This document shows, in pieces, positions 10,034 to 20,349 of a stretch of 46,118 nucleotides of DNA (positions are counted from its first letter, which is position 1; the number at the start of each line of letters is the position of its first letter). Made by a program: the position numbers and the translations under genes. The stretch comes from an uncultured Verrucomicrobiota bacterium (lineage in GTDB: Bacteria > Verrucomicrobiota > Kiritimatiellia > CAIQIC01 > JAGNIJ01), in the NCBI GenBank assembly GCA_964617565.1, contig CAZTYH010000018.1:1-46118 (forward strand). Reading direction: 5' to 3'. The notes under the pieces were generated by a model. It saw nothing but the letters and a program-made list of their open reading frames with translations. It was not told the origin of the DNA and did not search any database.

Positions 10034-11275
10034 ATGTTGCGGGTGAAGAAAACACGAAAATGGGTCAAGCCCATCGTGGTGGCCCTTGTTGTGACGGCGG
10101 TTGGGCTTGTTTATATAGGCCTGCGGGCATATCGCACTGTATCAATCGGGCACGATATGTACACGCAAGTCCGCTACCTGGTCGCCAACGGCGGCAGCAT
10201 TGGCGAGGTTCCGGCGGAAAAAGCTTTTTCTCTGGATTTCCTTCAGGTCATTTTCGGCGACAACCCGGAACTACTTCGTCACCTCAAGGCCCTGGTCAGC
10301 AAAGGCCTTGCAGATGACCCCGCTCTGCATCTCGGCGAGGTGGCCGCCATGCTGGTCACTTACCAGACCGATACGGATGGCGCTGTTTCGGACGTGGTTT
10401 TTTATGCAATCGGCGGGTTCCCTCTTACCCGCCGGAAGCCCTCTTTGCACACCGGTGGCTACTTTTTCCAGCAACTGGACCAGAATCTCTGGCAATATGG
10501 AAATGTCCTGATCAGCTTTTTCGGCCGCGATATCGTTATGTTCGCGGAAGACGAGGAGATCTCCGCACGGCAGGAAGAAATTGTGGAATCCCTCCTATCG
10601 GGCGAAATCATGCCGCTGGTCAACCGGATCGCAAAGCCCATGCACTTTACAATGGTGCTGCCCGAACCGCGGCACATTATCCCGCGCCAACTCAAACCGC
10701 ACATGCGAACGATCGTTTTGAAGGGCTTTCTCAGCCACTACAAGGGAAAGATCGAGGCGCATATTCTAAGTCCATCCCCCCGCTCCGCCTCCTATGCCCT
10801 GAACTCACTTCGCGACTTGAAGCTGGCTGCCAAGCTGACGCTGAGGACGCGCTTTCACGGGGTTGAGCGCGAAACGCTCTGGGGTCCCGTCAGAAATCCA
10901 TGGTGGGCCTACGAAATGGCCCAGGCGCTGGAGCACTCGGAATTCACCAGCGAAGCAAGCGTTGTTAAATACAATACGGAATTCGAGCGCGTGATGGTAA
11001 ATGCCATTCTTAAAACAATCGAACGGTTCTCGCGCGATCTGGCCGCAATGCGATTGACCCAGGACGAACGCCTTGACCCCCGGCTTGTTGACGCAAAACT
11101 GCGCACGGCAAAACCTTTGCATTATTGGAGTGAAGCGCATCAGTGGGGTCCGGACTGGCCGATACCTCCTGCGGGCATTACAAATGTGACAGAAGGCGCG
11201 TCTTCGACTTTGCCGCCGCAAACGGAAACTTCCAGCATGCAAGCAGACCCGTCCGGCACAGCATCCGCCCTCTGA
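10034..11275 (+). CDS. Hypothetical membrane-anchored protein (N-terminal TM helix)
   Basis: The ORF starts at 9896, but the internal start MLRVKKTRKWVKPIVVALVVTAVGLVYIGL gives a basic N-terminus plus one TM helix. No family recognised. Coding-like composition, and first of three same-strand genes. Confidence 0.5.
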   Translation: MLRVKKTRKWVKPIVVALVVTAVGLVYIGLRAYRTVSIGHDMYTQVRYLVANGGSIGEVPAEKAFSLDFLQVIFGDNPELLRHLKALVSKGLADDPALHLGEVAAMLVTYQTDTDGAVSDVVFYAIGGFPLTRRKPSLHTGGYFFQQLDQNLWQYGNVLISFFGRDIVMFAEDEEISARQEEIVESLLSGEIMPLVNRIAKPMHFTMVLPEPRHIIPRQLKPHMRTIVLKGFLSHYKGKIEAHILSPSPRSASYALNSLRDLKLAAKLTLRTRFHGVERETLWGPVRNPWWAYEMAQALEHSEFTSEASVVKYNTEFERVMVNAILKTIERFSRDLAAMRLTQDERLDPRLVDAKLRTAKPLHYWSEAHQWGPDWPIPPAGITNVTEGASSTLPPQTETSSMQADPSGTASAL

Positions 11276-11455
11276 TTAATGTAAATGGATTCATGAGGAT
11301 ACCTGTTGTAATGAGTCGAATGGTGTTCTCCCAAAAACATGTCATCCCGGTATTGCTTTATCCTTGGAACGCACCTTAAACTGTCTTGTTTAATTTCGCG
11401 GCGGTGCTTTTTTCTGCCTGCCGCGTTGAACAGAAAAAAAGTAGATAATCAAGCT

Positions 11456-12943
11456 ATGCTCGTAACGCGAACAACGTACGGGGCACAGGGGGTGTGTAGT
11501 TTCGTCTTATCGGCGAAACGCTTCGCCCCCATTCTGCTCACGTTGCTGACGTTGATTCCGGCGAGCGCCGCCGACTTCAATATCACCCAGATATCCAGCG
11601 ATGATATCGTCAGTCGCGAACCGGTCATCAGCGAAACCGGCCTGGCGGCATGGGGCGCGTACATAACCACCGTCGGCGGCCAACTTGCCGCCGATATCAT
11701 GATCTACAGCAACGGCACAACACGACCGCTTTTCCGGACGCGCCTGAAAGATAACGCCGCCAACATCCGCCCTTATGTTCACAGCAACACGATCGCCTGG
11801 GTGGGCGTAATGCCCGGCACCGCAAGAAACGTGTCGTGGCAACTGCGCCAGGTTCCGAGCCCTGATCGAGACGAGGGTGCGCCGGAACTGGAAGCCACTC
11901 CGCTTCTACGATTAACCGAAAGCGGAGAACAAATATGGCTCCCGCCTCCAACGAACGGCGTTCCGCTTGAAGAACCGGCGACGGTCCCGACGAACGGCGC
12001 AGCGGCCGCGGCCGACACCGAAACCACCGTGCCGGAGGTCGCGACAAGTGACACCAACGAAGTCACAGAAACCGAACCTCCTCCCCCCGCTTCCGAACCT
12101 GCCGTCGTAAAACCAGCGCAGGACACCTCCACGCTGGAAGATCGCGCGCGCCGACTTACCAGCGGGGATACAGAGGTGATGCTCTGGCGTGGCGGCACCG
12201 ATGTCTATCAGCTCACAGCGGATAACCGCGACAACCTGGGACCCACCGCTTGGGGCGACCTCGTCGCATGGCAGACCGCGAAGGGTTGGCCCTTCGGCTG
12301 GGAAATCATGGTCTGGGCCAACGGGCAGGTCATCCAGCTGACCACCAATTATTATTACGATCTGGCCCCCAAAGTTCACGGCCCCCAGGTGGTCTGGCAC
12401 GGATGGGATGGCCACGACTTCGAAATATTCCTCTATGACCACACCAGGGGCGCAACTATTCAGATCACGAGCAACCAGTATGACGACCTTTCTCCCGCCC
12501 TGTGGAATGGCGTTGTTGTATGGGAGGGTTACGCGGGGGCCAATGCGGATATTTTCATCTGGGAGAACGGCCGTACACGAAAGCTCAGCAGCAATATCGA
12601 AGACGACCTGAATCCCCGCATCTGGAACGGCCAGGTGGTCTGGCAAGGCTTCGATGGCGACGACTTCGAAATCTACCATTACGACGGAAGCAGCACAAAC
12701 AAGCTGACCAGCAACACATATGACGACGTGAATCCCGACATCCGGGACGGAATCATCTGCTGGATGGGTTACCACGACAACTGGGATGCTGAAATTTTCG
12801 CCTGGGATGGCGGCCCCGACGCGATCCGGCTGACCGACAATGAATATGAGGATCGCAACCCCCGTACGGCGGGCAAACGGATCATCTGGGAGACCGACCA
12901 GGGTGGCAAATCCATCATCTTCCTGGCCGAGCCGGGGCGATGA
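11456..12943 (+). CDS. Secreted beta-propeller-like repeat protein with a Pro/Thr/Glu-rich insertion
   Basis: Start chosen at MLVTRTTYG...LLTLLTLIPASAADF (signal peptide). The C-terminal half has about 6 repeats of roughly 45 aa of the type LTxNxYDDxxPxIxxGxVVWxGxDGxDxEIFxYDG. A low-complexity PPPTNGVPLEEPATVP...ETEPPPPASEP segment splits the repeat region. Confidence 0.6.
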   Translation: MLVTRTTYGAQGVCSFVLSAKRFAPILLTLLTLIPASAADFNITQISSDDIVSREPVISETGLAAWGAYITTVGGQLAADIMIYSNGTTRPLFRTRLKDNAANIRPYVHSNTIAWVGVMPGTARNVSWQLRQVPSPDRDEGAPELEATPLLRLTESGEQIWLPPPTNGVPLEEPATVPTNGAAAAADTETTVPEVATSDTNEVTETEPPPPASEPAVVKPAQDTSTLEDRARRLTSGDTEVMLWRGGTDVYQLTADNRDNLGPTAWGDLVAWQTAKGWPFGWEIMVWANGQVIQLTTNYYYDLAPKVHGPQVVWHGWDGHDFEIFLYDHTRGATIQITSNQYDDLSPALWNGVVVWEGYAGANADIFIWENGRTRKLSSNIEDDLNPRIWNGQVVWQGFDGDDFEIYHYDGSSTNKLTSNTYDDVNPDIRDGIICWMGYHDNWDAEIFAWDGGPDAIRLTDNEYEDRNPRTAGKRIIWETDQGGKSIIFLAEPGR

Positions 12944-13053
12944 CGGCGCGTTCGACGGCAAGCCATCCGCCCCGCGAAGGTTTACAGCCCCCCTCTTCCT
13001 GCATATGATAGCCATGGGTGCGAGAGGTCTTCCAGGGAGTTTGGCGGGGAACA

Positions 13054-15294
13054 ATGAACCATCGCAGATACCAGGCTGCTGCGCATTTTCCGGTTCTTAT
13101 CTTTTTGATCATGTCCGTCCACACTGCTGACGCCCGTACCATTGGTCCCGATGCGTTCGGATATATCGGAACCGATCAGGTTGCCATCTCGTGGGACGAA
13201 ATCGCACCGGAAGAAGGCGGGCCGGGAACGGCAATCGCATCCCTCACGGGTACAGATGACAAGTATGCCGCCATCCCCATCGGCTTCGGGTTCCGCTTCT
13301 ATGGTACGCGATACACCAGCGTGTTCGTAAGCGTCAACGGGCTTCTTTCCTTCAACAGCAACGGACTTTCAACCTCGTTCATTACGGACCCCATCCCTAC
13401 GTCAACTCCGCCGAACAATCTGATCGCGCCGTTCTGGGACGACCTTTCCCTCTGGCCCTCCCAGAATGTCTATTATGCCGTTCTGGGTACAGAACCTTAC
13501 CGCAGGCTCGTGGTTCAATTCTACGGCGCTTCACATTTCGACGATCCGAATGCGCGCTATCATTTCCAGGTCATCCTCTACGAAACATGGAACCAGGTCC
13601 GCATGCAGTATCGCGATATGCGCAACGGACCGGACAAATTCCTGGGCGATGGGCGGCAAGCCACGCTGGGCATCGAGGATGCCGGCGGCGCGAACGGCCT
13701 TCAGTGGTCACGGAACGAAATCCGCTCGGTTCTGAATGGCATGTGCGTGGTCTTCTCCCCTCCCGTAGCTGCGGACCTCCGCATCGCGAAGGAAGCTTCG
13801 CCCGATCCGGCATACTTTAACTCCGAACTGGTTTACACGCTCGTTGTCTCCAACGCCGGGCCTGACGCCGCCACCGAGGTGCGCGTGCAGGACACGCTCC
13901 CCTCCAGCGTCATCTTCACGAGTGCCGAAACCAGCCAGGGCAATGCCTACTATTCAAACGGCGTGCTCACGTGCATGCTGGGGACCATCGAGGAAAACGC
14001 CTTTGCCACCATCACCCTCCGCGTCCTGGTGATGGAAGCCGGCATGCTGACCAATACGGCAAGCGTGCTGGCGCTGCAGACGGATCCCGACCCATCCAAC
14101 AACAGCGCTTCGAAGGTTGTAACGGTCATCACCCACGCTGAATTGAGCGTCGAAGGTCAACCCTCGCCCATCGGCGCCTCGTCGCCTTACGATTACGGCA
14201 GCCACACCGTCCTGGTGAACACCCCGTTAACCAACGAGGCAACCAGTCCCATTGATCCCGGAACGGGCACGCGGATTGTCTGCATCGGATGGAGCGGCCC
14301 CGGCCTTACACCCACCGAAGGCTCGGGTGCCGAGGCCGTTTTCCATATCATGCAGCCCGCCACGCAGACATGGCATTGGATAACGGAACACTACCTTTCC
14401 ATCACTTCTCAAAATGGTGCGGTGCTCGGCGCGGCGGAGGGATGGAAGCCCTCCGGATATATATATGACCTGGTCCCGGCCTCGGCGCCCGATCATTACT
14501 TCAGTCATTGGGTCGTCAACGATGCTTACGCGGGCTCCAACGTGCCGCTGAAAATCACCATGGAGGCCCCCTGGCAGGTCGTGGCGGTCTTTTCATCCTC
14601 GTTAATGAATGTGACCGGCCAAACCAGCACGGAACTTTTTTCGTGGCGTCATGATCCTTCAACCGGCACTTTTTTAGCCAACCTGCGCCTCTGCAATCTG
14701 CCCGGTTCTCAGCTTCGCCTGGGGAGGCCTTTCTGGTACGCGGTTCAGCCGACAGCGAATTACTACCTCATGCATCCCGACGGAACAAACGAACTCGATG
14801 GGTTGCCGTACGTGGATATTACAGCGCAAGTGGAAGCCGCGCTGGCGACAACGGGCAACGGAGACCTTGTTTTGGATCCAGGCGAATGCGTGGTTGTAAG
14901 CGATATCGAATTCTACCTGAACAAGCCTTCCCCCTTCACCGGCGTGGTCTATGCCTCCTGGGCCGATGCGCCGGAAGATGAAGACTATGATGAACAGAAT
15001 GCAGACACCGATGGCGATGGCTTCACCAACATCCAGGAGCAGCGTGCAAACACGAATCCGCACGACCCCGGATGCTATCTTCGGGTCGTCGGCGCGGAAT
15101 TGATCAACGGCAAATTGCGCCTGACCTGGTATGGCGGCACCAACGTAGCCCAGCACATCGCGTCAACCGGCCAGGTGGACCAGCCCGACACGTGGACATC
15201 CGCACAGACCAACACGCCTCCCATGCCCCGCACCAACACGGCAGAAATCGAACCCAACGATCCCAGGCGCTTTTTCAGGATCCTCGTACCGTAA
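13054..15294 (+). CDS. Secreted multidomain protein: NIDO-like N-terminal domain, DUF11 repeat domain, TSP3-like repeat and a conserved C-terminal tail
   Basis: Start at MNHRRYQAAAHFPVLIFLIMSVHTADA (signal peptide). FGFRFYGTRYTSVFVSVNGLLSF...LIAPFWDDL is NIDO-like. LRIAKEASPDPA...YTLVVSNAGPDAATEVRVQDTLP...DPDPSNNSA is DUF11-like. DTDGDGFTNIQEQRANTNPHDP is TSP3-like. The protein ends in RRFFRILVP. Confidence 0.65.
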   Translation: MNHRRYQAAAHFPVLIFLIMSVHTADARTIGPDAFGYIGTDQVAISWDEIAPEEGGPGTAIASLTGTDDKYAAIPIGFGFRFYGTRYTSVFVSVNGLLSFNSNGLSTSFITDPIPTSTPPNNLIAPFWDDLSLWPSQNVYYAVLGTEPYRRLVVQFYGASHFDDPNARYHFQVILYETWNQVRMQYRDMRNGPDKFLGDGRQATLGIEDAGGANGLQWSRNEIRSVLNGMCVVFSPPVAADLRIAKEASPDPAYFNSELVYTLVVSNAGPDAATEVRVQDTLPSSVIFTSAETSQGNAYYSNGVLTCMLGTIEENAFATITLRVLVMEAGMLTNTASVLALQTDPDPSNNSASKVVTVITHAELSVEGQPSPIGASSPYDYGSHTVLVNTPLTNEATSPIDPGTGTRIVCIGWSGPGLTPTEGSGAEAVFHIMQPATQTWHWITEHYLSITSQNGAVLGAAEGWKPSGYIYDLVPASAPDHYFSHWVVNDAYAGSNVPLKITMEAPWQVVAVFSSSLMNVTGQTSTELFSWRHDPSTGTFLANLRLCNLPGSQLRLGRPFWYAVQPTANYYLMHPDGTNELDGLPYVDITAQVEAALATTGNGDLVLDPGECVVVSDIEFYLNKPSPFTGVVYASWADAPEDEDYDEQNADTDGDGFTNIQEQRANTNPHDPGCYLRVVGAELINGKLRLTWYGGTNVAQHIASTGQVDQPDTWTSAQTNTPPMPRTNTAEIEPNDPRRFFRILVP

Positions 15295-15306
15295 ACGGAT
15301 CGTCGT

Positions 15307-16842
15307 TTACGTCCAATATTGCCGGTCCAGCGACCGGTATTGTATCGCTTCCTGAACGTGGTGTATCGCGATGTTTTCGGACTCATCCAGGTCGGCGATC
15401 GTGCGCGAGACCTTGAGAATGCGATCGTAAGCCCGGGCGCTGAAATTCAAGTCTGCGATCGCCATCTTGAGCATCTGCTGCGCATCGTCTTCCAGGCGGC
15501 AGTGCTTGTGAACGTCTTTCGCCCGCATCGCCGCATTGCAATGCACGCGACCGACACCTTTGAAGCGGCCCTGTTGTTTCTTTCGCGCTTTGACCACGCG
15601 CTCGCGGATGGCGGATGACGGCTCTCCGCGTTCCATGGAAGAGAGCTCCTCGTAGCGAACCGCCGGCACCTCGACGTGAATATCAATCCGGTCCAGCAGC
15701 GGACCTGATATCTTATTCCGATACCGCTGGATCTGGATGGGTGTGCAACGGCACTCCCGTTTCGGATCGCCGTAGTGTCCGCACGGACACGGATTCATCG
15801 CCGCCACGAGCATGAAGCGGCACGGGAACGTGACACTGGTTGTCGCGCGCGAGATCGTCACCACCCCGTCTTCCAGCGGCTGCCGCATGACTTCCAGTAC
15901 ATTGCGGTGGAACTCCGGCAGCTCATCCAGGAACAAAACTCCGTTATGCGCCAGGCTGACCTCGCCCGGCACCGGATGCGAACCGCCCCCCAGCAAGCCC
16001 GCGTCGGAAATCGTGTGGTGCGGCGAACTGAACGGCCGCCGCGCGATCAAAGCCTGTCGCGCCGGCAATTTGCCGGCAATGCTGTGGATTTTTGTTGTCT
16101 CAAGGCTCTCTTCCAGGGTCATGGAAGGGAGAATGGAGGCCACCCGTTTCGCCAGCATCGTCTTGCCGGTTCCCGGGGGCCCGACGGCGAGGATGTTGTG
16201 TCCCCCGGCCATGGCCACTTCAAACGCGCGCTTGGCCGACTCCTGCCCCTTCACGTCCGCATAATCATCATCATAGATGCTGTGCGACTCGAAGACCGCC
16301 TGCACATCCACACGGTGCGCAGACACCTTCAGCTTGTCCGCCAGGAAATCCGCCGCCTGCCGCAACGTCTTTACCGGGTAAACCTCAAGTCCTTCCACCA
16401 CCGCGGCCTCTTCCGCGTTTTCTTCCGGAACAAGGATTCCGTGCAATCCCTCCGCCTTCGCATTGATCGCGAGCGGCAATACGCCTTTCACGCGGCGTAC
16501 TTCCCCGCTCAGCGCCAGCTCTCCAACCACGCACAATTCGTCGAGGACTTTCTGCTCGATGTCGCCGTGTGCCGCAATCATTCCCAGCGCGATCGGAAGA
16601 TCGAAACTGGGCCCCTCCTTGCGGATGTCGGCAGGAGCAAGATTGACGGTTGTACGGCCCATCGGCGGGGCAAAGCCGGAATTGAGCAGCGCGGTCCAGA
16701 CACGGTCGCCGCTTTCCTTCACCGCCGCATCGGGCAGGCCGACAAGAATGACCTTCGGCTCTCCGTGTCCGGCATTGACTTCGATTTCCACCGGGTAGGC
16801 ATCCACGCCGTACACCGCCCCCGACCATACTTTCGCTAACAC
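15307..16842 (-). CDS. comM: Mg-chelatase-like AAA+ ATPase, YifB/ComM family
   Basis: [23 protein letters not shown] is a typical YifB N-terminus. Also Walker [12 protein letters not shown], Walker [11 protein letters not shown] and the Cys cluster [18 protein letters not shown] prefer the GTG at 16842, preceded by GAAGGAGGA, over the ORF-track ATG at 16947. Confidence 0.9.
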   Translation of the reverse strand: MLAKVWSGAVYGVDAYPVEIEVNAGHGEPKVILVGLPDAAVKESGDRVWTALLNSGFAPPMGRTTVNLAPADIRKEGPSFDLPIALGMIAAHGDIEQKVLDELCVVGELALSGEVRRVKGVLPLAINAKAEGLHGILVPEENAEEAAVVEGLEVYPVKTLRQAADFLADKLKVSAHRVDVQAVFESHSIYDDDYADVKGQESAKRAFEVAMAGGHNILAVGPPGTGKTMLAKRVASILPSMTLEESLETTKIHSIAGKLPARQALIARRPFSSPHHTISDAGLLGGGSHPVPGEVSLAHNGVLFLDELPEFHRNVLEVMRQPLEDGVVTISRATTSVTFPCRFMLVAAMNPCPCGHYGDPKRECRCTPIQIQRYRNKISGPLLDRIDIHVEVPAVRYEELSSMERGEPSSAIRERVVKARKKQQGRFKGVGRVHCNAAMRAKDVHKHCRLEDDAQQMLKMAIADLNFSARAYDRILKVSRTIADLDESENIAIHHVQEAIQYRSLDRQYWT

Positions 16843-17050
16843 CCCATCCTCCTTCGTAAGAAGCCCGGGATTATAGAGAGCAATGAGCGAGAGACAAGGA
16901 TGAAGACGGCGGCCGCGCACGCCTGCGACGCTGAAGGGATCCCACAACCCAGCCCGGGATGAAATCCCGGAACTCGCTTATCGCGGCGAATCCACATGCG
17001 GCGCTTACGCTTCTCATGGCGCGGACAATCTGCTATGGGTTGATCCCGGC

Positions 17051-17446
17051 ATGAGAAAACAGAAGTACGATAAAGGCCGGTGGCAACTCGAACGCGAACG
17101 GCATCAGATCGCACGTGACACACCACCGCCGCCCGACCTTTCCGCAAGCATTGCGGATATCGTCCCCAACGTGATGAAAAAATGGGGCTTGGAGAACCGC
17201 CTCTGGGAACAGGAATTGGCGGACCAGTGGGAAAGCATCGCGGGGAAACAGGTGGCGGCGCACGCGCGGCCCGGCGCGCTGGACCGCGGCACGCTCGTGG
17301 TGTTCGTCAGCCATTCCACGTGGTTGAGCGAATTAAAGCGATATGGTCAAAAGCAGTTGCTGACAAATCTGCAGGAACGCTTCGGCACAAAAATTCGCGC
17401 CCTTCGCCTTCAACTCGACCCCGATGCAGGACGCGGGAAGCGTTAA
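17051..17446 (+). CDS. DUF721 (DciA-like) protein
   Basis: 131 aa. W-x-x-I-x-G...HARPGALDRGTLVVFVSHSTWLSELKRYGQKQLLTNLQERFG..IRALRLQL matches my recollection of the DUF721/DciA pattern. Confidence 0.6.
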   Translation: MRKQKYDKGRWQLERERHQIARDTPPPPDLSASIADIVPNVMKKWGLENRLWEQELADQWESIAGKQVAAHARPGALDRGTLVVFVSHSTWLSELKRYGQKQLLTNLQERFGTKIRALRLQLDPDAGRGKR

Positions 17447-17655
17447 AACCGCTTTTCAATCACTTGACTTTCTTCGTCAAACCGCACAGCCTTCTCCCCC
17501 AGGAATTGCACCATGCGTGCGGAAAGAAAAGCAAGTCAGGCCCGACGGATATGCCCGCCCCACCGGCGGATACAGGCGAAAATCAGCGCCGTTCGGGAAG
17601 TTTCGCGCGCGACTCGACGCACCTTCTCCAGGCACAACCCGAAATAAAAACACTT

Positions 17656-17937
17656 ATGGTCATCGGATTTCTACAAGCCGACCTCAGCATACCGGAAGCG
17701 CAATCGCTGAAAGACAAACGCATGGTCCTGCGCAGCCTCAAGGATCGCGCGCTGAACAAAATGAACGTCAGCGTGGCGGAAGTGGACAAACAGGACTTGT
17801 GGAAATCGGCAACCATCGCTTTCGTGACGATCGCCGCAGAAAAGGACGTGGTTGAAAAACGCCTTTCAGAAATAGCCAACCACCTCCGCTCCGACCCGCG
17901 TTATGTCCTGCTGGATTACTTCACCCAGTTGATGTGA
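17656..17937 (+). CDS. DUF503 (YlxP-like) small protein
   Basis: 93 aa from the internal ATG: MVIGFLQADLSIPEAQSLKDKRMVLRSLKDRALNKMNVSVAEV..., the characteristic DUF503 opening. The long 251-aa ORF from 17182 overlaps the DUF721 gene and looks spurious upstream of this start. Confidence 0.65.
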   Translation: MVIGFLQADLSIPEAQSLKDKRMVLRSLKDRALNKMNVSVAEVDKQDLWKSATIAFVTIAAEKDVVEKRLSEIANHLRSDPRYVLLDYFTQLM

Positions 17938-18026
17938 GGAGGACGGATTGGGGTGTTGGGGTGATGGATTGAACTGTCGGTTTAAAGAGTGTTCCGCAAC
18001 CATCGCCCTCTGAAGCCTTGCCGGAG

Positions 18027-18044
18027 TTCCGCGTTTACGCGGAA
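18027..18044. terminator. Candidate bidirectional terminator hairpin between convergent genes
   Basis: TTCCGCG-TTTA-CGCGGAA, a 7-bp stem with a 4-nt loop, nested inside a weaker GAAGCC...GGCTTC pairing (18012-18060). No clear U-tract, hence the low confidence. Confidence 0.3.
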
Positions 18045-18083
18045 GTCCTTCGCGGGCTTCAGCCCGCGCCCCGCCGACACCCG

Positions 18084-18743
18084 TCAAAACACCGAAAACC
18101 CGAAATCCTTGCGCAACAAATCAACGAGCTCCGCGACGGGAAGCCCGACCACGTTGGTGTAGGATCCGGAAATGGATTTCACCAGGAAGCTGCCGATGCC
18201 CTGGATGGCATAAGCGCCCGCCTTGTCCTTCGGCTCGCCGGTCGCGACATAGCCGTTGATCTCCGCGGTCGAGAGCTTCTTGAACACGACGCGCGTCGAA
18301 ACAGTGAAGTTCCTTTCGCGCACCGGCGCGCCCTTTGCCACCTTCAACACGCAAACCCCGGTGATCACGTTGTGCGCCCGTCCGCTGAGCGCGCGCAACA
18401 TGCGGCGCGCATCGGCATCATTGACCGGCTTCTCCATGATGCGCTTGCCGAGCACCACGATCGTGTCCGCGGCAAGCAACAGTAATTCATCCGTGGCAAT
18501 GATGCGCGCGAGATTCTTGTCTATTTCCTTCAGGTCGCCCTCGACCGTTGCGGACGCAAGCCGCGCAAACACGGCATCCGCTTTTTCGCCGGCCAGGCGC
18601 CGGGCGTATGCCCTCGGACTTTCATTGTGCCGCACGGCTTCCGGCACATCGGGCACAATAATTCCGAAATCAATCCCCAACTGTTTGAGGAATTCCCGCC
18701 GACGCGGCGATGAACTGGCCAGTATGATCGGTGTCTTTTTCAT
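18084..18743 (-). CDS. maf: Maf-family nucleoside triphosphate pyrophosphatase (septum formation protein Maf)
   Basis: 219 aa from MKKTPIILASSSPRRREFLKQLGI..., with DTIVVLG and GAYAIQG motifs. The ORF-track extension to 19022 overlaps gnd and is rejected. This start lies 2 nt after the gnd stop. Confidence 0.85.
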   Translation of the reverse strand: MKKTPIILASSSPRRREFLKQLGIDFGIIVPDVPEAVRHNESPRAYARRLAGEKADAVFARLASATVEGDLKEIDKNLARIIATDELLLLAADTIVVLGKRIMEKPVNDADARRMLRALSGRAHNVITGVCVLKVAKGAPVRERNFTVSTRVVFKKLSTAEINGYVATGEPKDKAGAYAIQGIGSFLVKSISGSYTNVVGLPVAELVDLLRKDFGFSVF

Positions 18744-18744
18744 A

Positions 18745-20157
18745 TCAATACCACTCCGCATGAAAGAACTCGCCGCGAGGTTTGTCCGTCCGCTCAAAGG
18801 TGTGCGCGCCGAAGAAGTCGCGCTGCGCCTGCAACAAATTCGCCGGAAGTTTCGCGCTCCGATAGCTGTCATAGTAGGCCAGCGCCGCGCTGAACGTCGG
18901 CACTGGAATTCCAAGGCGCAGCGCCTCGCGTATGACACGCCGCCAGCTCGACTGCGCCTTCGACACGGCGGAGCGGAAGTGCTTGTCCAGCAAAAGATTG
19001 GCCAAGTCCGGCTTCCGTTCAAACGCGGCCTTGATCCGGTCCAGGAACTGGGCGCGGATGATGCATCCGCCGCGCCAGAGCAGCGCGATGTTGCCCATGT
19101 CGAGATCCCATTTGTGCTCCGCCGCCGCGGCGCGCATCATCGCGAACCCTTGCGCATAAGAGCAGATCTTCGAGGCATAGAGCGCGCGCCGTATGTCCTC
19201 GATGAACCTGGCCCGGTCCCCGCGCCATGCCGCGCGCGGACCCTTGAGCACAGACGACGCGGTCACCCTCTCTTCCTTCAGGGCCGACATGGCCCGGGCA
19301 AACACGGCCTCGGTGATAAGCGTCAGGGGCACACCCAGGTCGAGAGCGACCTGGCTGGTCCACTTGCCGGTGCCCTTTTGCCCCGCTGCGTCCAGGATCA
19401 TGTCCACAAGGTAATTTCCCGTGTCGGGATCCTTCTTCTGAAAAATCGCAGCCGTGATTTCGATGAGGTACGAATCCAATTCGGTCTTGTTCCACACGGA
19501 GAAGACTTCGTGAAGTTCCGGCGGTTGCATGCCAAGCGCATCACGCATCAACGCATACGCTTCCCCGATGAGCTGCATGTCTCCATACTCGATGCCGTTA
19601 TGCACCATCTTCACGAAATGGCCCGCGCCGTCAGGCCCGACCCAGTCGCTACACGGCACGCCGTCCACCTTCGCAGCGATATCCTGGAACAACGGCTTCA
19701 CGTGCGGCCATGCTGCTGAAGAACCGCCGGGCATGATGCTCGGCCCCTTCAGCGCGCCCTCCTCGCCGCCGGAAACGCCGGTACCGATGAAAAGAAAACC
19801 CCTGGCCTCGATTTCGCGCGTGCGCCGGATGGAGTCGGGAAAGTAGGAATTTCCGCCGTCAATGAGAATGTCGCCGGCTTCCAGATGGGGAACAAGCTGG
19901 GCGATGAGCGCGTCCACCGCAGCGCCCGCTTTCACCATCATCATGATGCGTCGCGGCTTCTTCAGCGCGGACACCAGCTCTTCGATGGAGCGGCAACCGA
20001 CAATGCTCTTGCCTGCGGCGCGGCCGGCAACGAAGTCGTCCACCTTCGAAACCGTCCGGTTGAACACGGCGACCGTGTAGCCGTGATTCGCCATATTCAG
20101 GACGAGGTTTTCGCCCATCACCGCAAGACCGATCAGGCCGATATCCGCTTGTGCCAT
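18745..20157 (-). CDS. gnd: 6-phosphogluconate dehydrogenase, decarboxylating
   Basis: [27 protein letters not shown] (Rossmann fold), plus [39 protein letters not shown] and [10 protein letters not shown]-like blocks. An ATG at 20172 is an alternative start 5 codons upstream. Confidence 0.92.
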   Translation of the reverse strand: MAQADIGLIGLAVMGENLVLNMANHGYTVAVFNRTVSKVDDFVAGRAAGKSIVGCRSIEELVSALKKPRRIMMMVKAGAAVDALIAQLVPHLEAGDILIDGGNSYFPDSIRRTREIEARGFLFIGTGVSGGEEGALKGPSIMPGGSSAAWPHVKPLFQDIAAKVDGVPCSDWVGPDGAGHFVKMVHNGIEYGDMQLIGEAYALMRDALGMQPPELHEVFSVWNKTELDSYLIEITAAIFQKKDPDTGNYLVDMILDAAGQKGTGKWTSQVALDLGVPLTLITEAVFARAMSALKEERVTASSVLKGPRAAWRGDRARFIEDIRRALYASKICSYAQGFAMMRAAAAEHKWDLDMGNIALLWRGGCIIRAQFLDRIKAAFERKPDLANLLLDKHFRSAVSKAQSSWRRVIREALRLGIPVPTFSAALAYYDSYRSAKLPANLLQAQRDFFGAHTFERTDKPRGEFFHAEWY

Positions 20158-20349
20158 GGATGATTCCTCCAAAACAATGTCTTAATGTGCATTGGAAGCG
20201 GCCGGATTACAAGTGCAAGGGCGAAAGCGCCCACCATCCGATATTTTTCCGCGCACTTGCCTGCCGTGGCGGGTTGGAAAACCCGTGAAGGCTTGCGAAT
20301 TCGGCGAGGATAGGCGATGGTCAGGAAGAGACAGAAAGCGGAGGAAGAC

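Noticed and set aside
11364-11380. Sigma-54 promoter-like TTGGAACGCACCTTAAA upstream of the propeller gene
   Set aside because: The -24 GG is present, but the -12 element reads TTAA instead of TTGC. That match is too weak to call.
14455-14468. TATATATA tract
   Set aside because: It lies inside the 13054..15294 coding frame (encoding G-Y-I-Y-D), so it is not an intergenic signal.
16843-16947. N-terminal extension of the comM ORF (ATG at 16947)
   Set aside because: The canonical YifB N-terminus begins at the GTG at 16842, which has a strong GAAGGAGGA Shine-Dalgarno. The 35 extra residues have no counterpart in the family as I know it.
18744-19022. N-terminal extension of the maf ORF
   Set aside because: It would overlap the 3' end of gnd by about 280 nt. 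The Maf signature MKKTPIILASSSPRR starts at 18743.
18256-19719. 487-aa ORF on the plus strand spanning maf and gnd
   Set aside because: It lies opposite two genes with unambiguous family signatures, so it is a shadow ORF.
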